From Mobula hypostoma (lineage: Eukaryota), in NCBI RefSeq assembly GCF_963921235.1, contig NC_086097.1, positions 105,402,001 to 105,466,000 of the forward strand: a DNA stretch of 64,000 bases, given 5' to 3'. The notes beneath the pieces are model-generated. The model was not told where the DNA came from and ran no database searches. It was given only the letters and a program-made list of their open reading frames with translations. Of this stretch, positions 38,986 through 50,871 are shown one piece after another; position 1 is the first letter of the stretch, and every line of letters starts with the position of its first letter. Both the position numbers and the translations under genes were made by a program.

Positions 38986-40856
38986 CTGGAGAGCGTGGTC
39001 CACCGCCTCCTCATACAGTTCCATAGTCTTGTATATGTGCACACAGGCCTGTGTCTGTTTATTCTCTGCACAGAGACGTAGCGCATATTTGAGGTCGTAG
39101 TGGATACAGTCTGCATTCGAGCCCGCCTGTTCCAGGTACCAAAGTAGGGCCTTGGGCTTGTACTTGGCATAGAGGGACAGCAGGTAGTTGTGAATGGCCT
39201 GGTCTGTCACTTCCAGTTGGTGTACACAAAATTCAAGGTAGCGAATAGCTTCATAGACCTGCGCCGAGCTCCCAATCTGGCTGTAGTTGACCAAGGCCGG
39301 GATGAGGTTTTTGGGATCCAGCCTCTTCCTCATGTTGATCCAGGCATCAACCACCTGCCTGGGAATATGCTGCATGAGGACAGGAGAGAACTTGTAGAAG
39401 AGAGCAGGATCCTGGCACTTGGACATGACCTCCAGTGCTGCACTGTAACCATCATGTTGGCAGTGGTGGGCCACCACTCGCTCGTAGTCCTGCATAATCA
39501 CAGAGAAGAAGATCATGTCCTCCACATTGCCATGGCTGGCGAGGAGGTCATAGATAGTTGAGCGATTGTTTAAGAGACACTCCTTTATCTTGGAGCCACT
39601 CAGGAACTTGCGGAACTCCTCCCTAGTTGCCTCAAATTGGTTCTGCTTGTCTTTGTCTGCCTCAAGAGTGCCCAGCCAGTTCAGGTAGATTTCAGCAAGC
39701 CAAGTCACCAGCAACGTCAGCTGTGTCTTATCCTCCAACTTCAGGTTCTTCAGCTTCTTCAGAAGAAACTCCTTTAGGGCCTCCTCTTGCTTGGCTTCAA
39801 TAAACTTAAGAGCGATCTCCTCAAAGTACTTCTGAGTCAGTGCATAGTACTTGGCACTTTCCACATACTTCTTGTTTCGAAAGCAGTGATCTGCTTCCTT
39901 AGCAAGAACAGTGTCCAGGCACTCAGGACGGTCTTTGCAATACTCCTTAGCCAGTTCGAACTTCCCCATGTTCATGTACATCTGCCAGACATCCCGCGAT
40001 TCCTTCTGAATGTGGTAACGGAACACTGCCTTCTCCGTGTATATCCATATCAGCCCAGCCACCGAATCTTTGACCATACGGAGGAGTTGGCCGAACTTGT
40101 CAGGGAAGGCATCCTCAAAGACAAGCTGCCCGTTCAGTGTGCAAATGGCCTTCACCCTATCAGGAAGTAACAGCAGAAAGTGAAACTGGGTGAGGACGAT
40201 GGACCGGGGGGGCTCCAGCTCAGGGGCGATGTCACCTGGGTACTCCCAGACCTGTACATCACTAAGAAGGGAATCAGGCCGGGTGAAGTCCAAGGTGCCA
40301 TACAGCACGCCGTTGCCCATCATCCAGGCAAATGATCGAGGGCTAGACCGCAGCTTAGAGGTGTAGAAAGAGATCTCGCTGTAGCCCAGGCTTGCTGGGA
40401 ACTCCTGGAAGCTGGGCAAGGTGTTGGTATACTGACTGAACATGGGCTGAAACATGTGTGGATCAGGGTTCTCTGGAGCCCTGCCCACAAACTGATACAA
40501 ACGCTTCCGAGTGGTGGCGATGACAAAGAGGCGGGTGTCAGCACTTCGCTCAATCTCCAGACAGCAGACTGGAGCAGGGGATCCATCCTCCTCCAGATTG
40601 TACACATTCTTGAAATGCTGATCAGGACTTGAGACGAAAAGCCGCTCTTCTGACACGATGATCTCTGCTTCGTACAACTGGCCCTGGCTGGTTCCCACCA
40701 GGATGGGGCCTGTGCTGCTTTCATTGCCCAGATATTTGTTCCACCCAACGCTCTCAATCAAGTGTCCTTTCCAGCGAGAGAGGCTCTTCGCTTTCTGAGA
40801 ATTTCTGTTGAGGTAGAGACACTCATTGGAGGTGAGGCTGATCAGGAGATGAGACC
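38986..40856 (-). CDS. VPS18: VPS18 exon 4 (1871 nt; Pep3/Vps18 N-terminal region and clathrin-type alpha-solenoid)
   Basis: atcgcag|GG TCT CAT...CTC CAG|gtatgc; SHLLISL...ESVGWNK...GPILVGT...YDLKYALRLC...LYEEAVDHALQ. Confidence 0.97.
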
Positions 40857-41351
40857 CTGCGATAAGAGACAGCACTTTTCAGTGGGTTTACACAGCTGAC
40901 AGTACTGTCGTAATTTTATGTATTACACTGTACTGCTGCTGAAAAAACGAATTTCATGGTGTATGTGAGTGATGATAAACCTGATTCTGAGATGGGTTTC
41001 TATTGTGGACTGAGAGTGGAAATAGAATAGGGAGAGGGGAATTATGATTGATAAAAGGCGAAAGGAGAGGGGAGGGAGGGACACGCACCAGAGAGACCTA
41101 GTGTAATGATCAATAAACCAATTGCTTGGAATCAAATGACCTTGCCTGGTTGCAGTCTGCACCCTTGCCAGCCCCACATCCCTGGTACTCCTTCTGTCCC
41201 ACAGCCCTCCTGCAGTGCTTCATCCTCACCATTCCCAATACCCTTTGCTCCCACCAGATTTACAAACTTGCTCCGCTTCACACTGACAAATACAGTACCA
41301 TGCAAAAGCCTTAGGCACTCTAGCTACAGTACTGTACCTTAACTTGAAGTG

Positions 41352-41519
41352 ACACACATCAAAGTTGCTGGTGAACGCAGCAGGCCAAGCAGCATCTATA
41401 GGAAGAGGCGCAGTCGACGTTTCAGGCCGAGACCATGCTGCTTGGCCTGCTGCGTTCACCAGCAACTTTGATGTGTGTTGCTTGAATTTCCAGCATCTGC
41501 AGAATTCCTGTTGTTTGCG
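41352..41519. mobile_element. 168-bp fold-back PLE-end insertion in VPS18 intron 3
   Basis: 13-bp TSD TTAACTTGAAGTG (41339-41351, 41520-41532); perfect 44-bp inverted repeat 41352-41395 / 41435-41478. Confidence 0.85.
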
Positions 41520-41639
41520 TTAACTTGAAGTGGTACAGTTCATGTTAGTAGAGAATGTGTACTTACTAGCTTTGGAAATACAAGTGTTGAGTATTTCTAT
41601 TTCTGCAGTTTGAGAGGGAAAAGTTACAATCAGATGTAT

Positions 41640-43740
41640 CAGTATTGCAACAGAAAAAAGGGAACTAAAGAAGCACAAGACAAACTGCACAAACTTGATT
41701 GGAAGGGATGACAGTACAACAGCAATGACTTGAGTTTTGGGGAGCAATTCAGAAGGCGCAGGATAAGATTCATCCCAAAGAAGTAGCATTCTAAAGGAGG
41801 ATGAGGCAACCTTGGCCTACAAGGGAAGTCACAGACAGCATAAAAACAAAAGAGGGCATAAAATATTAGTGGGAAGCCATAGAATTGGGAAGCTTTTAAA
41901 ACCAACAGAAGGCAACCAAAAATAAATAGGAAGAGAAGAAATGAAATATAACGGTAAGATAGCCAATAATATAAAAGAGGATACCAAAGTTTTTGCAGAT
42001 ATATAAAGAGTAAAAGAGAGGAGAGAGTGGATATTGAACCACTGGAAAATTATGCTGGAGAGGTAGTAATAGTGGACAAAGAAATGGCATCTGAGCTCAA
42101 TAAGTAACTTATGTCAGTCTTCATTGTGGAAGACACCAGCAGTATGCCAGAAATTCTAGAGTGTCAGTGGGCAGAAGTGAGTGTAGCCACTATTACTAGA
42201 GAGAAGGTGCTTGGAAAGCTGAAAGGTCTGAAGGTAGATACATCACTTGGACCAGATGGGACTACAACCCAGGGTTCTGAAAGAGGTAGCTGAAGTGATC
42301 GTGAAGGCATTAATAGTGATCTTTCAAGAATCACTAGATTCTGGAATGGTTCGAAAGACTGGAAAAATGCAAATGTCACTCCATTCTTTAAAGGGGGGAG
42401 GCAAAAGACAGGAAATTATAGGCCAGTTAACCTGACTTCAGTGGTTGAGATGATGTTGTTGTACAGTATTAAGAATGAGGTTTCAGGGTTCTTGGAGGCA
42501 CATAAAATAGGCAAAAATCAGCATGATTTCCTGAAGAGGAAATCTTACCTGATAAATCTGTTCGAAATCTTGAGGAAATAACAGGCAGGATAGACAAAGG
42601 AGAGTCAGTGGATGTTGCTTAATTGGATTTTCAGAAGGCCTTTGACAAGGTGCCATACGAGGCTGCTTAACAAGACACAAGCCCATGGTACTACAGGGAA
42701 AGGTACTAGTATCGATAGAAGTATGGCTGCGTGGCAGGAGGCAAATAAAGGGGAGCCTTTTCTGACGGTAACTAGTGGTGTTCCGCAGGGGTCCATGTTG
42801 GGACCGCTTCTTTTCATGTTATATGTCAATGATTTGCATCATGGAACTGATGGCTTCGTGGCCTAGTTTGTAGACGATACAAAGATGGGTGGGGGGGGGG
42901 GAAGGTAGTGTGAGGAAAAGAACCTGCAGAAGGACTTAGACAAATTAGGAGAATGGGCAAAGAAGTGGCGGATGAAATACAGTGTAGGGATATGTGTGGT
43001 CATGCACTTTGGTAGAAGGAATAAAGGTGTAGACTATTTTATAAATGGGGAGAAAATTCAGAAATCAGAGGTGCAAAGGGACTTGAAGTCCTTGTGCAAG
43101 ATTCTCTAGAGGTTAACCTGCAGGTTGAATTGATGGTAAGGAAGGAAATTGCAATGTTAGCATTCATTTCAAGAGGACAAGAATATAAAAGCAAGGAGAC
43201 CTGTAAGGCTTTGGTCAGATTGCTTTGAGAGTAGTTTTGGGCCCCTTATCTAAGAAAGGACGTGCTGGCATTGCAGACAGTCCAGAGGTTCATGAGAATG
43301 ATCCCAAGAAGAAAGGGTTAATGTATGAGGAGTGTTTGATGACTCTGGGCCTGAACTCACTGGAGTGTAGAAGAATGAGGGGGGGATCTCATTGAAACTA
43401 TCAAGTATTGAAAGGCTTAGATAGAGGGGACGTGAAGAGAATGTTTCCGAAAGTGGGGGATTCTAGGACAGGAGGGCAGTCATAAAAAAGGATGTCCCTT
43501 TAGGACAGATGAGGAGGAATTTCTTCAGCCAGAGGGTGGTGAATCTATGGAGTTCATGGTGCCAGACAGATGCGGAGATGAAGTCACTGAGTATATTTAA
43601 AGCAGAGGTTGATGGGCTCTTGATTAATAAGGGGGTCAAAGGTTACGAAGAGAACATAGGAGAATGGTGTTGAGAGAGATTTTTAAAAATAAGCTGTAAT
43701 GGAATGGCAGAGCAAACTTGATTGCCTATTTCCTCTCTTT
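41640..43740 (+). mobile_element. Degenerate CR1 LINE in VPS18 intron 3
   Basis: REKVLGKLKGLKVD and TSGVPQGSMLGPLLF motifs; many frameshifts. Confidence 0.85.
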
Positions 43741-44306
43741 CGTCTTATTCTAGTCTACTTAAGACGATTAGTGTCCAGTTTTCAAACAGGAAAAATAAAA
43801 TTAACTATATTATCTGTTCTTGTGAACTATAAAGTTATCTGCTTTGCACAAGCCAAGGCATATCCCTGTTCAACTGCAATATCCTGTAGGTGGAAATTTT
43901 AGCTCTCACTGGGTCACTGAGATATGGGCAAAGGCAGCAGACTCAGGAGCTCATGGTGAGAAACACCTTCAACAGGGTGAGTGACTTGTGCTGCTAAATT
44001 CTCAGTGTGGCTCATGCAAACATCAGTCGGATTCTTCGGACTCCAAACGGCTAAGCCACGATTATAGCAGTAACTTGCATTAAAGAACCTTTAAAACAGC
44101 AAAGCATCTTAATACAGGAGAGGAGGAGGGAGGGGTTGATGCCCCGTGCTGTGGTGAAGGGGATGATATTACATGTCTTGTAGGGACAGCTGGAGTGACC
44201 CATGCAGTTGGGAAGACTGAACACTGAATGAGAAGTCGACGACCAAGCTCCTGTAGCAGGAGCAGAAACGGGCAACAGCAAGGCACCGAAACCACAAGCC
44301 TCATAC

Positions 44307-44398
44307 CCGAGGGATCCAGGAACAGTTTGTGGATCCGAGCATCATCCTTGCGCCCCAATTCAACCTGGTTTGGCTGGTCTGGTTTTCCAAGATCAATC
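44307..44398 (-). CDS. VPS18: VPS18 exon 3 (92 nt)
   Basis: actccag|G ATT GAT...CCC TCG G|gtatga; IDLGKPDQPNQVELGRKDDARIHKLFLDPS. Confidence 0.95.
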
Positions 44399-44904
44399 CT
44401 GGAGTGGGCAGAGAGGAAAGAGTCATATTAAAATAAGTCTTAATTGAAAGCCCACACGCGTTATTCCCAAATTGAGCAGACTGTTTAGATCCAAACACAT
44501 CAATAGATCTGGAGTCACATACAGGGCTAGGATGGCAGAGTTCCTCTTGCAAAGGACATTGGTAAGGCACAAAGACGAAAAAAATCGACAGATGCCTTAA
44601 ATCCAAAGCTACAAATACAAAATGCTGGAGGAACTCAGGAGGTCAGGCATCATTTATGGAAAAGAGTAAACAGTCGATATTTCAGGTTGAGACCCTTTGT
44701 CAGGAGAGGCAGGTAAGGTAGACAGGTTTTTTTATGATAATCCAGCACTTTCATAATCAGATAATAAAATTAACTGATTTAAATTCCATTTTTCATATTA
44801 AATTTAGACTTCCAGCCACCATGGAGAGATTCTACATCTAGATCAGATTGTGGACAAGTCCTGTAATTAGATTACTCCTGTCCTGTCCGAGGAGTGAGCC
44901 TAAC

Positions 44905-45046
44905 CTGAGCAGTGTGTCCTTGCCCATACTCATGCACAGCTGATTGTTGCACACCACTAGGTGGGTGATTGCACCAGGAGGAGTGAAGTCAATTCTCTGC
45001 TTGGAAAAGATGGGCTTTTCCTCTTCCAGTCGGGCACTGACATAGC
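44905..45046 (-). CDS. VPS18: VPS18 exon 2 (142 nt; absent from the ORF track)
   Basis: gttgcag|GC TAT...CTC AG|gttagg; YVSARLEEEKPIFSKQRIDFTPPGAITHLVVCNNQLCMSMGKDTLLR. Confidence 0.95.
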
Positions 45047-46061
45047 CTGCAACAACCAGAGATCAATGTTAGACTGTTGGATGCCAGGGCCCACTCGACC
45101 ATCACCCACCAAGGACAGGAGCAGAAAGCATGGCTCTTGTTTATCTGATCCATGTCTGTCTCATCCCTGACCCTATCACCCATTTTACCCGATCAGAGGA
45201 AATATAACATGCCACAGCGTTTTGTCCTATTGCTAGTCACAGTACATGCTCACAGGCCAATCTCATCTCCCAACACCATCCATAACTCTTCAAATCCATA
45301 CCCAAGTAGATTTCAAATACCAGGGTTTTGGGATCCACCAATGGGTTCTGAACTCCTCCCCCCCCCCCCCCCCACTTTGTGGATGGAAATATCTTCTTCT
45401 TCTCTTTAATCCTGCTACAATTCCCCTTAAAACCACACATCCTGACTTTCCCCCATGAGGGAAACAAAACTTTTCTATTAGTTCCCCTCCAGCACCTACC
45501 ATTTTAGACACCCCAATTAAGTATTCTCTCTGCCTCCACTGTTCCAAAGAAAACTCCAGCCTATCTAATCTTTCCTTATGCTACAATTTCAAATTTCTGC
45601 TAATATCTCCGGAAATCTCTGTGAAACCCTCCACTTTTATCTTTTCTGTTAATGTGCTGACAAGATCTGTTTACAGTCCCCACCTGTAGTCTAACTTGTA
45701 TTCAGTGTCAAATATGAGAGGAAACCATCACAACCCCCTGTATAGTCATTTTATTAAACTACCCTGATAAAGTTCCTCAGTGTCTGTATTTTCAATATCC
45801 ACCTGTTTATCCTGCATTCATTACCATGGTTGGAACTCCACAAATGTACCATTTCAAACTTTCCGAATTAAAATCTTGCAAGCAAAAAAAAAACAAACAA
45901 CTAGAAGAACTCAACATGTCAGGCAGAATCTTTTCAAAAAAATATTCAAGTATTATGGACTGTGCAGAATGAATCAGTGGCTAATTGCCCATTGCTAATT
46001 ACCACATCTAGGGAGGGATTTCCAGGATTTTAACTCAGTGAAGTGAAGGAATGGCAAAACA

Positions 46062-46844
46062 CAGTGGATTCCAGTTAATTGGGTCGTCAGTTATTTGAGG
46101 CAGCCATTGGTTTGAGCCAACTCTTAAAAAACAAAAACTAATTGAGAGAAAAGCTGGATTCCCTTCGTTTATTTGAGAGATTGTGCTGCTTATTCGGGAT
46201 AGGAGACCGTTGCCAAAAAGTTTCTAACTGACATTAGTCATGTTAACTTTTGTGGCCGTTAAGATGCTACACCATGCTTCGAGCAAATAGTTTTTGAATT
46301 AGTGTCAGTTACATGTATTTGTGTTCAAAAAGCAATGAAGTTTTTCCACTGACAGGTGGTGAGAACTGTTTTGCTCACTGGTTTCAAGCATTAGACATGC
46401 CAGAAACAGCCAGGAGAGAAAATTAAACTATTTCATTACTTTAACAAGCTAAGGACTATGAAGAATTTAAAATTTAAAAGTATCAACAATCGCCTTGAAT
46501 GTTTGTAGTGAAGTTGCAGATTTGGAGGATGCATTCAAACAGATTATATCAAGGCAGTCCATTATTTTCGCTAGGAGTCTGCACTGATTTTGTTCATTTA
46601 CAGTCAATCAAAAGAACACAGCAGCACACACTGGATGAATTCTTCCATCAATAACTAATAGGAACTAATACAGTTTTACAGTACTGTAGTAGTGTTGATG
46701 GTGTTCTAATTTGTTCTGTATTTCATTTTAAAAGGTAGTTAGTCTTGTTTATACCTTTTAAACCATTTCCATGATTAGGGCCAGCTCCTTAATTGGGACA
46801 AAATACATTGGTCCCCATGTGTTCAAATTAACCAGAATCAACTG
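46062..46844. mobile_element. Tigger/pogo-like non-autonomous element in VPS18 intron 1
   Basis: CAGTGGATTCCAGTTAATTGGG...AATTAACCAGAATCAACTG termini; internal similarity to 12464-13815. Confidence 0.7.
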
Positions 46845-47210
46845 CATTGTGAAGTCCACAGCCTGACAGCAATTTTCTGAAACAGAGTTTCACACTCAAA
46901 GTACTAACTAGCTCTGTCCTCCACAGATGCCAAGTCCCCCAACAGCTTGTCTTTTTGCTCCTGGTCGCAGCATCCTGAATCAGATTCTCCCATTTTTTGC
47001 CTAGCTGATAAGATCCCTGCTGTTCACAGCTCTGCCCTTCACTATCAACCACACGGCAATTGCAGCAGCGGAAAACTCCTTTACCGTGATGCCTACAGTC
47101 AGGTGCCCATGACCGCGTTTTGCCCATTTCCCCCACCTTCTCTGGGCCCTCCACATCCTCCTCCAGTACCCCCACCCCGCTCCGCGCCGCGCCTCTGACC
47201 GCTGCAGTAC

Positions 47211-47322
47211 CGGACTGTCCAATTCCTGTGCTTCCCAGCCGGTGCTGTTGGTACGGAAACCCAGGAGGCCGAAAGCAGGCCCGGGCCTGTGAATCCTCGT
47301 ACTCATCGAGGATGGAGCTCAT
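47211..47322 (-). CDS. VPS18: VPS18 exon 1 coding part (112 nt)
   Basis: ATG at 47322; MSSILDEYEDSQARAC...GIGQSG; donor TCC G|gtactg gives the phase 1 that exon 2 needs. Confidence 0.9.
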
Positions 47323-47598
47323 CTCGGCTGACAAACAACACCGGAAACAGGCAGCAACCCAACTCCGACACTTGACCCTGACAGATGGCCAATTGCAGAT
47401 CACCCTGTTGGAAGAAAGATCCCGCCTACCTGCCGAATTAGCCTATCATCCAAAGATCCTGCCCCTCGCTTTCAATAACATCCAATCACAACATAAACTC
47501 TGCGCAGCATGACTACCAATCAACATCGGGACAAGAGGCCCCGAACTGCCAGCCAATCATATCGAAGAAGAACGGGGCGAGGATTGGCCGCCTTGTTG
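47323..47598 (-). promoter_or_regulatory. VPS18 5' UTR/promoter, CpG-rich with four CCAAT boxes
   Basis: CCAAT at 47482, 47516 and 47553, ATTGG at 47583; locally high CpG; no obvious TATA box. Confidence 0.65.
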
Positions 47599-48147
47599 TG
47601 AGAGGGAGAGGAAGAGGAGGAGGAGGAGGAAGGGGGGAGGGAGGGAGAGGAGAGGGGGGAGGAGGGGGGGGAGTGGAGAGGGGGGAGGAGGGGGGAGAGG
47701 AGAGGGGGGAGGAGGGGGGAGAGGAGAGGGGGGAGGAGGGGGGGGGGAGGGGGGGGGGGGGGGGGGGGGGAGGGGGAGGGGGGAGGAGGGGGGGGAGGGG
47801 GGGGGGAGGGGGAGGGGGGAGGGGGAGGGGGGGGGGGGGGGGGGGAGGGGGGGGGGGGGGAGGGGGAGGGGGAGGGGGGAGGGGGGGAGGGGGAGGGGGA
47901 GGGGGGAGGGGGGGGGGGGGAGGGGGAGGGGGGGGGGGGGGAGGGGGAGGGGGGGGGGGGAGGGGGGGGGAGGGGGAGGGGGAGGGGGGGGAGGGGGAGG
48001 GGGGGGGGGGGAGGGGGAGGGGGGAGGGGGGAGAGGGAGGGGGGAGGGGGGAGGGGGAGGGGGGAGGGGGGAGAGGGAGGGGGGAGGGGGGGGGGGGGGG
48101 AGGGAGGGGGAGGGGGGAGGGGAGGGGGGAGGGGGGGGGGGGAGGGG

Positions 48148-48205
<58 letters not shown>

Positions 48206-48719
48206 GGGGGGGGGGAGGGGGGGGGGGGGGGGGGGAGGGGGGAGGGGGGAGGGGGGGGAGGGGGGGGGGAGGGGGGAGGGGGGGGGGGGGGGGAGGGGGG
48301 GGGGGAGGGAGGGGGGAGGGGGGAGGGGGGAGGGGGGAGGGAGGGGGGGGGGGGGGAGGGGGGAGGGGGGGGGGGAGAGGGGGGGGGGGAGGGGGGAGGG
48401 GGGGGGGGAGGGGGAGAGAGGGGGAGGAGGGGGGGAGGGGGGGAGGAGGGGGGGAGAGGGGGGAGGGGGGAGGGGGGGAGGAGGGGGGGGGAGGAGGGGG
48501 GAGGAGGGGGAGGAGGGGGGGAGGGGGAGGGAGGGGGGGGGAGGGGGGGGGGAGGGAGGGGGGGGGGGGGGGGAGGGGGGGGGGGGGGGGGGGGAGAGGA
48601 GGGGGGAGGGGGGAGAGGAGGGGGGAGGGGGGAGAGGGGGAGGGGGGGGGGAGGGAGGGGGGAGGGGGGGGGGGGGGGGGGAGGGGGAGGGGGAGGAGGG
48701 GAGGGGGAGGGGGGAGGGG

Positions 48720-48775
<56 letters not shown>

Positions 48776-49980
48776 GGGGGGAGGGGGAGGAGAGGGGGAG
48801 GAGGGGGGAGAGAGGGGGAGGAGGGGGGAGAGGGGGGGGAGGAGAGGGGGAGGAGGGGGGAGAGGAGGGGGGAGGAGGGGGGAGAGGGGGGAGGGGGGGG
48901 GGGGGGGGGAGGGGGGGAGGGGGGGGGAGGGGGGAGGGGGGAGGGGGGAGGGGGGAGGAGGGGGGAGGAGGGGGGGAGGGGGGAGAGGGAGGGGGGAGGG
49001 GGGGAGAGGAGGGGGAGGGGGGAGAGGAGGGGGGAGGGGGGAGAGGAGGGGGGGGGGGGGAGAGGAGGGGGGGGGGGGGGGGGGGAGGGGGGGGGAGAGG
49101 AGGGGGGGGGGGGAGAGGAGGGGGGAGAGGAGGGGGGGGGGGGGGGGAGAGGAGGGGGGGGGGGGAGGAGGGGGGGGGGGGGAGGGGAGGGGAGGGGGGG
49201 AGGGGAGGGGAGAGGGGAGAGGGGGGAGGGGAGAGGGGGGGAGGGGAGAGGGGGGGAGGGGAGAGGGGAGAGGGGGGAGGGGGGAGGGGAGAGGGGGGAG
49301 GGGGGGGGGGGAGGGGGGAGGGGGGAGGGGGGAGGGGAGGAGGGGAGGAGGGGGGAGGGGGGAGGGGAGGAGGGGGGAGGGGGGAGGGGAGGAGGGGGAG
49401 GGGGGGGGGGAGGAGGGGGGAGGGGAGGAGGGGGGAGGGGAGGAGGGGGAGGGGAGGAGGGGGAGGGGAGGAGGGGGAGGGGAGGGGAGGAGGGGAGGGG
49501 AGGAGGGGAGGGGAGGGGGGAGGAGGGGGAGGAGGGGAGGAGGGGAGGAGGGAGGAGGGGGAGGAGGGAGGAGGGGGAGGGGGGAGGGAGGAGGAGGGGG
49601 GAGGGAGGAGGAGGGGGGGAGGGGGAGGGGAGGAGGAGGGGGGAGGGAGGAGGAGGGGGGAGGGGGTGGGGGGAGGGGGGAGGGGGTGGGGGGGAGGGGG
49701 GAGGGGGTGGGGGGGAGGAGGGGGGAGGAGGAGGAGAGGGGAGGGAGGAGGAGGAGAGGGAGGGAGGAGGAGGAGGGGAGGGAGGGGGAGGAGGAGGGGA
49801 GGGAGGGGGAGGAGGAGGGGAGGGAGGGGGAGGAGGAGGGGAGGGAGGGTGGGGGAGGAGGAGGGGAGGGAGGGAGGGAGGGGGAGGAGGAGGGGAGGGA
49901 GGGAGGGGGAGGAGGAGGGGAGGGAGGGAGGGGGAGGAGGAGGGGGGAGGGGAGAGGGGGAGGGGGAGGGGGAGGGGGAG
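47599..49980. repeat. ~2.4-kb polypurine (G-rich, GnA) low-complexity tract
   Basis: Almost only G and A on +, with G runs up to tens of bases and only a handful of T. Confidence 0.95.
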
Positions 49981-50630
49981 GCCCGAACACCTACGCTCTG
50001 TCCGCCAGAGAAAGCAGATTCTCCCAGTGGCCACATATTTTAATTCCACATCTCATTCCCACTCTGACATGTCTATCCACGGCCTCCTCTACTGTAAAGA
50101 TGAAGCCACACTCAGGTTGGAGGAACAACACCTTACATTCCGTCTCGGTAGTCTACAACCTGATGGCATGAACATTGACTTCTCTAACTTCTGCTAATGC
50201 CCCACCTCTCCCTCGTACCCCATCCGTTATTTATTTATACACATACATTCTTTTTCTCTCCTTTTTCTCCCTCTGTCCCTTTCACTATACCCCTTGCCCA
50301 TCCTCTGGGTTCCCCCCCCCCCGGCCCCCTTTTCTTTCTCCCTCGGCCTCCTGTCCCATGATCCTCTCATATCCCTTTTGCCAATCAACTGTCCAGCTCT
50401 TGGCTCTATCCCTTCCCCTGCTGTCTTCTCCATCATTTTGGATCTCCCCCTCCCCCTCCCACTTTCAAATCTCTTACTAGCTCTTCTTTCAGTTAGTCCT
50501 GACAAAGGGTCTCGGCCCCGAAACATCGACTGTACCTCTTCCTAGAGATGCTGCCTGGCCTGCTGCGTTCACCAGCAACTTTGATGTGTGTTGCTTGAAT
50601 TTCCAGCATCTGCAGAATTCCTCGTGTTTG
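49978..50630 (+). mobile_element. Penelope-like element 3' part (paralog of 26693-27303)
   Basis: GIY-YIG C-terminal remnant, pLTR, mutated hammerhead at 50495-50531. Confidence 0.85.
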
Positions 50631-50871
50631 CTATATTCTCCCATCATATTTGACCTACCAAAATGAAACACCTCACATTTATCTGGGTTGAACTCCATCT
50701 GCCACTTCTCAGCCCAGTTTTGCATCCTATCAATGTCCTGCTGTAACCTCTGACAGCCCTCCACACTATCCACAACACCTCCAACCGTTGTGTCATCAGC
50801 AAATTTACTAACCAATCCCTCCACTTCCTCATCCAGGTCATTTATAAAAATCACAAAGAGTAGGGGTCCCA

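Noticed and set aside
38941..40875. Stand-alone 644-aa ORF, and the 244-aa ORF at 33360-34094, as separate genes
   Set aside because: Both are VPS18 exons with canonical splice sites; the ORF-track ends run into introns.
47513..50171. 800+ aa poly-Pro and poly-Gly ORFs (extensin/formin-like)
   Set aside because: G/A-only DNA cannot encode stops; frames are open on both strands with no codon structure.
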